The notes: generated by a model from the letters alone, not told the origin. A stretch of 37,781 nucleotides of DNA from a virus (IMGVR_UViG_3300025528_000017:1-37781); one strand, 5' to 3'; numbered from the stretch's first letter, positions 1-8,567 are shown. Numbers and translations: made by a program.

Positions 1-2
1 CT

Positions 3-227
3 CTGGCGGTGCCGGGTGATCCGATGCCGGGTTGTGAGACGCAGGTGTTCGCGAACTGGTGTGATGGGCCGATCCGTGAGGACGGGTCGTGGAAGCGGTG
101 CCTGTTCGCGCATGGCCAGTATGGGGGTGGCGTGTACACGCCGCCGGTTCAGAACTGTTTCATCGTGCCCGGCCCGGATCGGATTCCGCCGTTGCCGCTG
201 GGGCAGCCGCCGTATCACATCGACTGA
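3..227 (+). CDS. CDGP-motif small Cys-containing protein, probably exported; 5' end truncated by the window edge
   Basis: Frame is open from base 3 (LAVPGDPMPGC...). WCDGPIREDGSWKRC and a C-terminal PPYHI resemble small mycobacterial secreted CDGP proteins. Confidence 0.7.
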   Translation: MAVPGDPMPGCETQVFANWCDGPIREDGSWKRCLFAHGQYGGGVYTPPVQNCFIVPGPDRIPPLPLGQPPYHID

Positions 228-228
228 T

Positions 229-247
229 CACCCTGTGCTGCGACGCT
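229..247 (+). promoter_or_regulatory. CACCC-N8-(-10) promoter motif, leaderless, upstream of the Zn-ribbon/terminase genes
   Basis: CACCC tgtgctgc GACGCT, then 7 nt to GTG 255. The -10 hexamer is imperfect. Confidence 0.55.
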
Positions 248-254
248 CGGTGTC

Positions 255-419
255 GTGGATGCTCAAGTTCGTTGCGCGGCCTGCGTGGGCGTATGGGTTG
301 GTGCTGTGTCGGCGTTGCGGGTGGATGAGCCGTCGGGGCGGGCGGTCTGCCCGCGGTGTGGCGGGACAGACACGTTCACGCAGCCGGCTGCTGGTCGGTC
401 TGGTGGCGGTGTGCGGTGA
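255..419 (+). CDS. 54-aa zinc-ribbon protein (not in ORF track)
   Basis: MDAQVRCAAC...AVCPRCGGTDTF has two CxxC pairs. Its TGA overlaps the terminase GTG (GTGA at 416-419) and it starts 7 nt after the promoter motif. Confidence 0.7.
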   Translation: MDAQVRCAACVGVWVGAVSALRVDEPSGRAVCPRCGGTDTFTQPAAGRSGGGVR

Positions 420-1897
420 GTGTCGCCCTGCTGGTGGCGGCCCGGTATGTCCGGGCTCGGCGGGCTGGTAGGTGGCCTGGGTCGCCGGCTGAGTTGGCGC
501 GCCGTCTGGATCCGCGGTTCAACGTGACGCCGACGATCCGGCTGCTGAGTGATTTGGCGGTGCGGGCGGTCAGGCAGCGGAATCAGCGTGACATTGTGAA
601 CACGCCGCCGCGGACGGGGAAGAGCCAGCTGTTGGCGGTGTGGCTGCCGGTGTGGGCGTTGGGTGAGGACCCGGATATGCAGATCGTGATCATTTCGAAT
701 GGTGACGATCTGGCGCAGGAGCATTCGCGTGAGGTGCGGGAGATCATCCGGGAGCATTCGGGTTTTCTGGGATACCGGATCGCGCAGGATAAGACGGCGG
801 TTGGCCGGTGGCGGGTTGAGGGGCGTCGTGGCGGCATGCTGGCGGCGGGTATCAACTCGGGTGTGGTGGGGTTTGGCGCGGATCTGATGATCATTGATGA
901 CCCGGTGAAGGATGCGGCGCAGGCGGATTCGGCGGCGCATCGGCGGCGGGTGCTGAATGAGTATCAGGGGTCGTTGTCGACGCGTGTGCACCCGGGCGGC
1001 AGCGTGTTTTTGGTGATGACGCGTTGGCATCAGCAGGATTTGGCGGGGTCGTTGTTGGAGTTGGAGCCGGACCGGTGGCGTGCGACGAATGTTCCGGCGG
1101 TGTCGGAGCCGGGTGTGCCGGACGCGTTGGGCCGGCCGCCGGGGGTGACGATGGTGTCGGCGCTGGGGTTTACGCCGAGGGATTTTGAGGATCGGCGCCG
1201 CTCGGTGGGGGAGCGGATGTGGTGGGCGCAGTATCAGGGGGTGCCGTCTTCGCCGGAGGGCGGGCTGGTGAAGCGGGAGTGGTTGAACGCGTGGCGGTTG
1301 GCGGCCGCACCGCAGAATCCGGTGTTGACGGTGGTGGGGGTGGATCCGTCGGATTCGGGTTCGGGTGATGCGTGCGGGCTGGTGGCGGCGTCGTTGATGC
1401 CGGCTGGTGTGCGGGTGTTGATTGCGGATAAGTCGGCGCCGATGACGTCGGATGAGTGGGCGCGGGCTGCGGTGGATCTGGCGGTCGAGGTGGGGGCGTC
1501 GGAGATTGCGGTGGAGGCGTTCGCGGCGCGGGAGACCTATACGCGGGTGGTTCGGGAGGCGTTGCGGCGGGCTCGGGTGGATTGGCCGATCAGGGTGTCG
1601 GGGTGGCCGCCGAAGGGCCGGGCGCGGGTGGGTGATGCGGTGGCGCGTTCGAGTGCGCTGTTGCAGGGGTTGGAGACGGGGATGGTGCGGCTGGCTGGCT
1701 ATTTCCCGGATTTTGAGGAGGCCGCTGTCGGGTGGTTGGCGGGTCGGCATCAGCCGGACTCGCTGGCGGCGTTGGTGGTCGCTGATGACGTGTTGGTGAA
1801 CTCGCGGGGCCGGTCGTGGGAGTTGGCGGCGCCGGTCGGGTTGGCTGGCGGGTCGGTGACGTCGGTGGATGATTGGATGCGCCGCAAAGTTGGGTGA
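416..1897 (+). CDS. terL: Terminase large subunit
   Basis: Walker A (PPRTGKS), Walker B (LMIIDDPVKD), coupling motif (VMTRWH), nuclease motif (VVGVDPS). Start moved from 356 to the GTGA overlap at 416. Confidence 0.95.
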   Translation: MSVALLVAARYVRARRAGRWPGSPAELARRLDPRFNVTPTIRLLSDLAVRAVRQRNQRDIVNTPPRTGKSQLLAVWLPVWALGEDPDMQIVIISNGDDLAQEHSREVREIIREHSGFLGYRIAQDKTAVGRWRVEGRRGGMLAAGINSGVVGFGADLMIIDDPVKDAAQADSAAHRRRVLNEYQGSLSTRVHPGGSVFLVMTRWHQQDLAGSLLELEPDRWRATNVPAVSEPGVPDALGRPPGVTMVSALGFTPRDFEDRRRSVGERMWWAQYQGVPSSPEGGLVKREWLNAWRLAAAPQNPVLTVVGVDPSDSGSGDACGLVAASLMPAGVRVLIADKSAPMTSDEWARAAVDLAVEVGASEIAVEAFAARETYTRVVREALRRARVDWPIRVSGWPPKGRARVGDAVARSSALLQGLETGMVRLAGYFPDFEEAAVGWLAGRHQPDSLAALVVADDVLVNSRGRSWELAAPVGLAGGSVTSVDDWMRRKVG

Positions 1898-1904
1898 ACC
1901 TGGT

Positions 1905-1923
1905 CACTGCCAGGTCGTAGTCT
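1905..1923 (+). promoter_or_regulatory. CAC-N10-TANNNT promoter motif, leaderless
   Basis: CACTG ccaggtcg TAGTCT, 6 nt to ATG 1930. Confidence 0.6.
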
Positions 1924-1929
1924 GCTGGT

Positions 1930-2160
1930 ATGGCCTCGGAACCTGATTTACGTGCTATCCGTCGTCGGTCGTGGTCGGGTGATCCGCCAGCAAAGCAGCC
2001 GCCGCCCGCGCCGCGCCCGCCTGTGTCGATTCGTGAGCTGGTGGACGCGTTGACCGAGCTGGCCGAGCGGGTTGGCTGGGATGCGCCAGTGGAGGGGCGT
2101 GACGGCGACCCGGTGCAGGTGGTCGATGACGGCGATGGCCGCGGGGTCGGGGTGTTCTGA
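1930..2160 (+). CDS. Hypothetical protein (76 aa)
   Basis: ORF directly after a promoter motif; stop overlaps the next ATG. Confidence 0.7.
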   Translation: MASEPDLRAIRRRSWSGDPPAKQPPPAPRPPVSIRELVDALTELAERVGWDAPVEGRDGDPVQVVDDGDGRGVGVF

Positions 2161-2309
2161 TGTGTGGTCCGCGGTGGCCGGTGACTGAGTGTCTGCATGA
2201 GCATGTCTACGAGGGTGTCCGCCAGGTGAATCTTGCCGGCGAGGTGCTGCGTGACGATCCGGCCGAGTGCGCGGATTGCGGGCTGGTATTCGATGATGAC
2301 CGCCCCTGA
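2160..2309 (+). CDS. 49-aa putative Zn-binding protein (not in ORF track)
   Basis: TGATG overlap with the upstream gene. MCGPRWPVTECLHEH...ECADCGLVF has CxH and CxxC ligands and fills the gap between neighbours. Alternative start GTG 2181. Confidence 0.6.
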   Translation: MCGPRWPVTECLHEHVYEGVRQVNLAGEVLRDDPAECADCGLVFDDDRP

Positions 2310-2541
2310 TTCACGGTTGGCCGCGTTGCCGGATGCGGCGATCGGTTTGGCGTTGGGGATGTCGGTGGCGCAGCCGGACGCTCGGCACGCTGGGCGGGTG
2401 TCGGTGCTCATTGATGAGCTGCGGCACCGCGGTGTGTTCGACGCGGTGATGGCGGCGTTGGATCCGGAGCTGGCGCAGTCGATCCGGTTGCTCGACTCGG
2501 TGGATAGGGGGCAGCGGTGGGCGCAGACCGGCAGTCGGTGA
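2293..2541 (+). CDS. Hypothetical protein (82 aa)
   Basis: In-frame ATG within track ORF 2233..2541; stop overlaps the next GTG. Confidence 0.7.
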   Translation: MMTAPDSRLAALPDAAIGLALGMSVAQPDARHAGRVSVLIDELRHRGVFDAVMAALDPELAQSIRLLDSVDRGQRWAQTGSR

Positions 2542-2699
2542 GCCCGGCGAGGTTCCGTGTGGCGTGGTCAGACGAGGACCGGGAGTGGGTCGGGTTGTGC
2601 GACGGGTTTCCGTCGTTGTCCTGGCTTGACTGCGATAAGGGTAAGGCGCTGGCCGGGATTCGGAAGTTGGTCGGCGATATCGAGGCGGGTCGAGCCTAA
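2538..2699 (+). CDS. hicB: Orphan HicB-like antitoxin N-terminal domain (53 aa)
   Basis: FRVAWSDEDREWVGLCDGFPSLSWLD...ALAGIRKLV matches the HicB partial RNase H-fold pattern. GTGA overlap at the start. No C-terminal DNA-binding domain. Confidence 0.75.
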   Translation: MSPARFRVAWSDEDREWVGLCDGFPSLSWLDCDKGKALAGIRKLVGDIEAGRA

Positions 2700-2788
2700 T
2701 CAGCACACTCCCCAGGACCTGCCAGTGACGCATGGCACAGCCGGGATAACGGGTTGGTAGCAGGGGTTTCGGCTTTCCGGGGCCCGGT

Positions 2789-2807
2789 CAGATCGCGTGT
2801 CTACCGT
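2789..2807 (+). promoter_or_regulatory. Variant promoter motif upstream of the HTH gene
   Basis: CAGAT cgcgtgtc TACCGT, 7 nt to GTG 2815, which starts a 13-codon uORF. Confidence 0.45.
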
Positions 2808-2852
2808 GGGGGTTGTGGGACGCTGGGTTCTCCTGGTCGCTGGTGGTTGGCT

Positions 2853-3374
2853 GTGACGGCGCCGGATCGGTGGGAGCCTGACGAGCAGCTCGTCGCGGCG
2901 GTGATGTCCAGCCCGAAGGCGTCGCGGCGGATGACTGAACTCGCTGACCCGGACCGTTGCTGGCTGGTCGCGGGCCTGACGTTGGCGGGGATGACCGCGC
3001 AGGACATCGCGGACCGCACCGGCTGCTCACTGCGGCTGATTCGGGCGATCCGTGCCGAACCGATGACCCAGGTGTGCGTGTACGCCCACCAACAGGTCGG
3101 TGCGCTCTCAGATTCGTTGCGCGGCGAGCAGATCGACCACGCGGCCACCCGGCTTGAGTTGGCGCGGGCCCGGGACGAAGCCGATCGGCTGCGGATGCAG
3201 GTGGATCAGCTGCTCGACGCGTTGACGACGGACGGCCGGATCGAGACGTTTCCGCGGTGTGGGCATCCGAAGGTGCGATACAACGTCTACGCGCATCGAG
3301 GCAAGACGTATTGCCGGGAGTGCCGGCGGGACTGGCAGGCGCAGCACCGAGCAGACCGACGCGCAGCGGGATAG
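2853..3374 (+). CDS. HTH DNA-binding protein with coiled coil and C-terminal Zn finger
   Basis: GMTAQDIADRTGCSLRLIRAI is HTH-like, followed by a heptad-rich middle and CGHP...YCREC. Likely start GTG 2853 within ORF 2754..3374. Confidence 0.75.
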   Translation: MTAPDRWEPDEQLVAAVMSSPKASRRMTELADPDRCWLVAGLTLAGMTAQDIADRTGCSLRLIRAIRAEPMTQVCVYAHQQVGALSDSLRGEQIDHAATRLELARARDEADRLRMQVDQLLDALTTDGRIETFPRCGHPKVRYNVYAHRGKTYCRECRRDWQAQHRADRRAAG

Positions 3375-3389
3375 TTACCGGGTAACTAT
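3371..3389. repeat. Perfect 19-bp palindrome, operator-like
   Basis: ATAGTTACC-G-GGTAACTAT, AT-rich in a high-GC background. Confidence 0.8.
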
Positions 3390-3399
3390 GGTTGCGTTG

Positions 3400-3418
3400 C
3401 ACGGCAACGGTTTACCGT
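3400..3418 (+). promoter_or_regulatory. CAC-N10-TANNNT promoter motif, leaderless
   Basis: CACGG caacggtt TACCGT, 8 nt to ATG 3427. Confidence 0.6.
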
Positions 3419-3426
3419 CTGCGGCC

Positions 3427-3837
3427 ATGAACCACAGCCTCGGTTTCACGATCCTCGTTCTTGTTATCTACGTCCTGGCGGTCGCCCGGCTGGTGCGGCT
3501 GGTGAACTTCGACACGGTGCTGGATCCGGTGCGGGTGCTCATTGCCCGCCGGGCCGCCCTGGCCGATCGTGCGGCGGCCGAGGCAGGGGATGCTGGCCGG
3601 GAGGCCAGCGCCGAACTGTACCGCCGTCGCGCCGGCCGCTGGAACACGCTGGCGTACTTCGTCGCATGCCCCTGGTGCGTGGGGTTCTGGCTGGCGCTGG
3701 CGACCGCGCCCATCCCGGTCGGGATCATGGGGTGGCCGTGGTGGGCGGTGTTCGGTGTCGCACTGGCAGCCAGCCACGTGGTGGGGTTGATGGCGCCGCT
3801 CTCGGCTGATGAAGAGATCGAGATCGTCGAGGCGTAA
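3427..3837 (+). CDS. Membrane protein, DUF1360-like
   Basis: Hydrophobic helices, RLVRLVNFD and CPWCVGFW motifs; sits just upstream of the portal. Confidence 0.8.
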   Translation: MNHSLGFTILVLVIYVLAVARLVRLVNFDTVLDPVRVLIARRAALADRAAAEAGDAGREASAELYRRRAGRWNTLAYFVACPWCVGFWLALATAPIPVGIMGWPWWAVFGVALAASHVVGLMAPLSADEEIEIVEA

Positions 3838-3838
3838 A

Positions 3839-3857
3839 CACCCAGCTTGGTTACCGT
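3839..3857 (+). promoter_or_regulatory. CACCC-N8-TANNNT promoter motif, leaderless, portal
   Basis: CACCC agcttggt TACCGT, 7 nt to GTG 3865. Confidence 0.75.
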
Positions 3858-3864
3858 CGCGGTC

Positions 3865-5736
3865 GTGGCAGCTCCGGAAATGCGTGTCGTTCGGCGCCGT
3901 AAAGGCGCGGCTCTGGTCGCCTCCGGTGCGCCGCGGGCGTTGACGGCAGCCAGCGCGCCGGTTGACGATCCCGCACAGATCTTCAAGGCCGGCGTGGTGG
4001 GCCGCCGGGGTGCGGAGTGGCAGACCGAAGCGTGGGAGATGCTGGACCGGGTCGGTGAGCTCGGCTGGTATGTGCGGTGGCGCGCCAACTCCTGCTCCCG
4101 GGTGCGGCTGGTCGCCTCCGAGATCGACCCGCTGACCGGTGAACCGACAGGTAGTGTCGCCGATGATGATCCGGCGGGGCAGCGGTTCGCCCAGATCGTG
4201 CGCAGCATCGCCGGTGGACAGCTCGGCCAGGCGCAGCTGATCAAACGGTCGGTTCAGTGCTTGACGGTGCCTGGCGAGTTTTGGGTCGCGATACTCGTCC
4301 GGCCGGAAGGCGAGAAGTGGTACGCGGTCACGCGGGAAGAGATCGAGCGCGACCCCCAGAACTCGAAGGCGGTCCTGATCGTCCTGCCCGACGGCACCAA
4401 GCACCGGTTCGACACGGGCGCCGGGGACGGCATGTTCCGGGTGTGGAATCCGCACGCCAAGAGGGCATCTGAGCCGGACAGCCCAGTGCGGGCGAATCTG
4501 GATTCGCTGCGTGAGATCGTGCGCACGACGAAGAAGATCACCAACGCCGACAACTCGCGGCTGTTGAATAATGGGATTCTGGCGATCCCGCAGGAGGCGT
4601 CGCTGCCGTCGGCGCAAGCCCCGACGGCGGCTGACAAGCCGGCGGGCGCGCCGGAGCTTTCGCAGGGCGGCCATGCGGCCCGGGCGTTGCAGGACATGAT
4701 CGTGAGTGTCGCCACTGTCGCCGCGGAAGAGGGCGAGAACTCGTTGGCGTCGTTGATCCCGATCGTCGCCTCGGTGCCGGCCGAGCATGTCGACAAGATC
4801 AAGCACGTCAAGCTGTCCGATGATGTGACTGACGTGGCGATCAAGACCCGCAACGATGGGATCGCACGGCTGGCGATGGGTTTGGACATGGCGCCGGAGC
4901 AGCTGCTCGGGTTGGGTCGCAATTCGAACCACTGGACCGCGTTCATGCTGGCCGACGAAGATGTGCAGCTGCATGTCTCGCCGGTGATGGAGACGATCTG
5001 CTCGGCAATCTACGACAACGTGCTGCGCGGCATGCTCGACGCCGAGGGGATCGACCCGGACCGGTACACGCTGTGGTACGACACGTCGCGGCTGACGGCC
5101 GACCCGGATCTGACCGACGAGGCGCGGGACGCGTTCGAAAAGGGCGCAATCTCGTCCGAGGCGCTGCTGCGGATCTACGGGCTGCCAGACGACGCCGCCT
5201 ACGACTTCACAACCCCCGAGGGGCGCCGGAAGTGGGCGCAGGACAGGGTCAGCCAGGACCCGCGGTGGATCCGTGAACTACTGCCGCTGCTGGACCCGTC
5301 GATGCAGGAGATTGAGTTCCCGGAGCCGCCGCCGGCGCTTCCCGCCCGATCTGAGCCGCCCAGGGATGACCGGTCGGGATCCGAGCGTGGGCAGGAGCCT
5401 GACACGGAGGACAACGAGCCGTCGGGGCGGGATTCAGCGTCAGCGGCGGACGGCGTGTCGATGGCGGTCGAGTTGATGGTCACGCGGGCGCTGGAGCTGG
5501 CGGGCAAGCGCCGGCGGCGGCGATCCGATATGGAGCGGCTCCGTGACGTGCCTGAGTACGAATACCACCGGTACATGGATCCGGTCGCCGACTCAGACGT
5601 GCCGGGCCTGATCAAGGGCTGGGACCTCGGTCTGGATGAGATCGCCGCCCGCTATGGGCTCGATGCCGATCAGTTGCGTGTGGTGGTGCAGCGTGAGGCG
5701 CGGCGCCAGTTGACGTCTCAGGTGGTGGATGTCTGA
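3865..5736 (+). CDS. Portal protein
   Basis: Size and position between terminase and MuF/protease; WQTEAWEMLDRVGEL, RVWNPH..RASEPDSP and RLAMGLD..PEQLLG resemble cluster B-type portals. Confidence 0.88.
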   Translation: MAAPEMRVVRRRKGAALVASGAPRALTAASAPVDDPAQIFKAGVVGRRGAEWQTEAWEMLDRVGELGWYVRWRANSCSRVRLVASEIDPLTGEPTGSVADDDPAGQRFAQIVRSIAGGQLGQAQLIKRSVQCLTVPGEFWVAILVRPEGEKWYAVTREEIERDPQNSKAVLIVLPDGTKHRFDTGAGDGMFRVWNPHAKRASEPDSPVRANLDSLREIVRTTKKITNADNSRLLNNGILAIPQEASLPSAQAPTAADKPAGAPELSQGGHAARALQDMIVSVATVAAEEGENSLASLIPIVASVPAEHVDKIKHVKLSDDVTDVAIKTRNDGIARLAMGLDMAPEQLLGLGRNSNHWTAFMLADEDVQLHVSPVMETICSAIYDNVLRGMLDAEGIDPDRYTLWYDTSRLTADPDLTDEARDAFEKGAISSEALLRIYGLPDDAAYDFTTPEGRRKWAQDRVSQDPRWIRELLPLLDPSMQEIEFPEPPPALPARSEPPRDDRSGSERGQEPDTEDNEPSGRDSASAADGVSMAVELMVTRALELAGKRRRRRSDMERLRDVPEYEYHRYMDPVADSDVPGLIKGWDLGLDEIAARYGLDADQLRVVVQREARRQLTSQVVDV

Positions 5737-8171
5737 TGTGGCCGACACCGGGTGAGGCGCTGTCGCACACGATCGATGCAGAGGCCGCGGTCGCGGATCT
5801 GTATGCGGAGGCGCTGCGACGGTGGGCGCCGCACGGGCGGGCGGCGGTGCTGCCCAGCCTCGACGCCACGGTGGTCACGGGGGAGTCGGGGATTGTGGCG
5901 TCGACGCTGCCGCCCGACCCGGATGCGTTGGAGCGGACGCAAAGCATCTGGGATGAGATCGCTGAGGCGGTGATTCTTGGCGGGCTGGGCCTGTTGTGGG
6001 CGGTGACGTTCGTGCGAGCGCGGCGTGCGCTCGGCCTGGCCGTGCCTGAATCGGGCGACGTGGACGAGGTGCTCGATACCGACAGCGTCCCGGTGGACGC
6101 GTCGGCGCTGTCGATCGTGGCCCGCGCCGCGGACGCGACGCCGACCGAAGTGCGTGAGGCCGCTGCGGCGGTCCGGGCAGTTGCTGCACCCCGTCAAGCG
6201 GTGGAAGATTTCACCGCGACGCGTCGGCAGGTCGTCTCCGCGACGCTCGGTGTGGTGCGGAAAACGGTGTCCGTCGCGGTGGCCGCAGTCCCGGAGACGA
6301 TGGCCGGCCAGGCTGCTGCGGTGCGTGCGGTGGCTGCCGACGTGCTCGACCCGGATTCGCAGCACATGCGCGATATCGCCCGCAACGAGGGCTACCAGGC
6401 CGCCGGCGTCATGAACCACGCGGTAGTGGAGGCTGCCCGCGGCTCAGATGAGGAGCTGGAGAAGACCTGGATCTGCACGATCGACGGCAAGACCCGGCCG
6501 ACACATTGGGCGGCCGATGGGCAGCGGGTGCCGCTGGACGGGAAGTTCACGATTGGCACCGAGCAGCTGGCGTATCCGGGTGATGAGTCGGCTCATCCGC
6601 GGGAGTGGAAGAACTGCCGGTGTCGGGTTGGGATTCTGGCGCCGGATGAGCCGCTGCCCGATGAGGTCGACCGGCACACTGAGCGGCTCGATGGCCGCGA
6701 CAGCGTGGTGATCCACCGGCAAGGCCGCACCCAGGCAGAGGAGATTGAGCGCCGCGCCAAGGCCGGCAATGTGCGGGCGCGTGACGACGAGGACGGGATC
6801 GGACGTGTGGCGTCCGCTGGGTGGACCGCACTGAGTGAACAGGAGTACGACATGGTCAACGAGCTGTCCGCCGACGCTGACGACACCAGCAACGACGAGA
6901 CATTCCTGACGTTCACCGACGCGCTGTTCGCGGTCACCGGTGTGCCGACGTCGGATGGGCGCATGTTGTCCGCTGACATCGACCTGTCGTTCCGTGACAC
7001 CCCGATGCCGCTGCAGTGGTGCGAGGAAATGGAGGGCGGACATCACGGATCCGTCACCGTCGGTGTTATTGAGTCGATCGCGCTCAAGGACGGTGAGGTG
7101 CGGGCGTCCGGGTACCTGCTCAACAACGAGCACGCGGTCAAGGCGATCGATCTCATCGCCCACGGTGTGTGCAACCCGTCGGTGGATCTGGGCAGCGTCG
7201 AGTGGGTGGCCACCGACGAGGACGGCAACGTCGTCACCGAGGAGAACTACGAAGACGGAATGACCGTCTATATGACGGTCACGAAAGCCGAGGTGTTGGC
7301 CACCACTATCGTGGCCATCCCGGCGTTCGGGGAGACCAGGATCGCGCTTAACGAGGAACGGGAGCACCGCGACAAGACGCTGGTCGCGTCCGCCGAGGGA
7401 TTCCGGCCGCGCGTGTACGACCCACAGATGTTCGCCGATCCGCAGTTGTCGGGTCCGACACCGATCCAGATGGACCCCGAGACCGGCCGCGTGTTCGGGC
7501 ATGTGGCGTGCTGGGCAGAACGGCACCGGTCGGTCGGGCTGGGGCACATGCACCCGCCGCGGTCGAAGTCGGGCTACGAGCATTTCCACTCCAGCCCGCC
7601 GGTGCACCTGTCGGACGGCACACTGCTGCCGGTCGGCCGGCTCACTGTGGGCACCGGTCACGCGGATACGCGGCTCGGGCCGGCCGCGGCGGCTGCTCAC
7701 TACGACAACACGGGCGCATGCTGGGCGCTGGTGCGTGCGGGTGAGGATACGCACGGGATCTGGGTGTCAGGTGTGGTGGCGCCGTGGGCGACTCCCGAGC
7801 AGGTGGAGATGGGGTTAGCGTCTCCGCTGTCCGGTGATTGGCGGCCGTTCGGCCGCGACCTGGAGCTGGTCGCGGTCTTGTCGGTGAATACCCCCGGGTT
7901 TTTGTGCCGGGGTTCGACGGACAGTCGCGGCAACCCGACAGCACTGGTCGCGTCGTTGTCACCGCGCCCGGGCGCCGACGCTTCGGCCGGCCATCTGACG
8001 CTGGCGGACATTAAGGCGGCGATGGCGGAGGCGATCGCTGAGGAACGCCGCAACCACGAGCTGGCGCAGCGGAGGGCCGAGGTCCTGGCCCGCGCCGAGC
8101 AGTCGGTCGGCGCACCGCCCAAGCCACCGACGCATGCGGATCGAGTTGCCGCGCTGCTGGAAAGGATCTGA
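5736..8171 (+). CDS. MuF-like head morphogenesis and capsid maturation protease fusion
   Basis: MuF motif KTWICTIDGKTRPTH..ADGQRVP...NCRC in the N-terminal half; prohead protease-like C-terminal half (TSDGRML, PMPL, HHGSVTVG, IVAIPAF). Confidence 0.88.
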   Translation: MWPTPGEALSHTIDAEAAVADLYAEALRRWAPHGRAAVLPSLDATVVTGESGIVASTLPPDPDALERTQSIWDEIAEAVILGGLGLLWAVTFVRARRALGLAVPESGDVDEVLDTDSVPVDASALSIVARAADATPTEVREAAAAVRAVAAPRQAVEDFTATRRQVVSATLGVVRKTVSVAVAAVPETMAGQAAAVRAVAADVLDPDSQHMRDIARNEGYQAAGVMNHAVVEAARGSDEELEKTWICTIDGKTRPTHWAADGQRVPLDGKFTIGTEQLAYPGDESAHPREWKNCRCRVGILAPDEPLPDEVDRHTERLDGRDSVVIHRQGRTQAEEIERRAKAGNVRARDDEDGIGRVASAGWTALSEQEYDMVNELSADADDTSNDETFLTFTDALFAVTGVPTSDGRMLSADIDLSFRDTPMPLQWCEEMEGGHHGSVTVGVIESIALKDGEVRASGYLLNNEHAVKAIDLIAHGVCNPSVDLGSVEWVATDEDGNVVTEENYEDGMTVYMTVTKAEVLATTIVAIPAFGETRIALNEEREHRDKTLVASAEGFRPRVYDPQMFADPQLSGPTPIQMDPETGRVFGHVACWAERHRSVGLGHMHPPRSKSGYEHFHSSPPVHLSDGTLLPVGRLTVGTGHADTRLGPAAAAAHYDNTGACWALVRAGEDTHGIWVSGVVAPWATPEQVEMGLASPLSGDWRPFGRDLELVAVLSVNTPGFLCRGSTDSRGNPTALVASLSPRPGADASAGHLTLADIKAAMAEAIAEERRNHELAQRRAEVLARAEQSVGAPPKPPTHADRVAALLERI

Positions 8172-8175
8172 CCCG

Positions 8176-8349
8176 ATGGGGTGCGGATGCCGGGGCAAGA
8201 AGCGCGCCGGGACGCGAGCGAAGGTCGTGGGGTTCGACTATGTGCCGCCAGGTGGTGGTGATCCGATCCGGTTCATGACCTCGATGGAAGCGCTGCTCGA
8301 GCAGCGCAAACGTGGCGGCGGCACCATCTACCAAGTCACCAGCGACTGA
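8176..8349 (+). CDS. Small basic protein (57 aa, MGCGC start)
   Basis: ATG 4 nt after the protease stop with an AAGGA RBS; typical small gene at this position in B-like phages. Confidence 0.75.
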   Translation: MGCGCRGKKRAGTRAKVVGFDYVPPGGGDPIRFMTSMEALLEQRKRGGGTIYQVTSD

Positions 8350-8461
8350 CTTCGACCTTCGCGCGCAGCGTGCCCTCGTTCGGGCCCGAGATTCAAGAGA
8401 TGGTTTGCTGGAAGATCGACTGCCGTTTCACTGGATATGCAGCTGATGCCGACCAGGTGAA

Positions 8462-8489
8462 CGGCCCCCACCTTGGATGGTGGGGGCCG
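8462..8489 (+). terminator. GC-rich hairpin, possible terminator before the capsid promoter
   Basis: CGGCCCCCACC-ttggat-GGTGGGGGCCG, perfect 11-bp stem; a short T run follows about 8 nt later. Confidence 0.55.
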
Positions 8490-8548
8490 CTTGCCGCTTT
8501 TGTCGCGTTGCCAGACGCTGACACCCATGATGCTATCCGCTCCCGCTG

Positions 8549-8567
8549 CACCCTGTGCTCATAGCTT
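8549..8567 (+). promoter_or_regulatory. CACCC-N8-TANNNT promoter motif, leadered, major capsid
   Basis: CACCC tgtgctca TAGCTT; about 80-nt leader with AGGAG at 8641. Confidence 0.75.
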
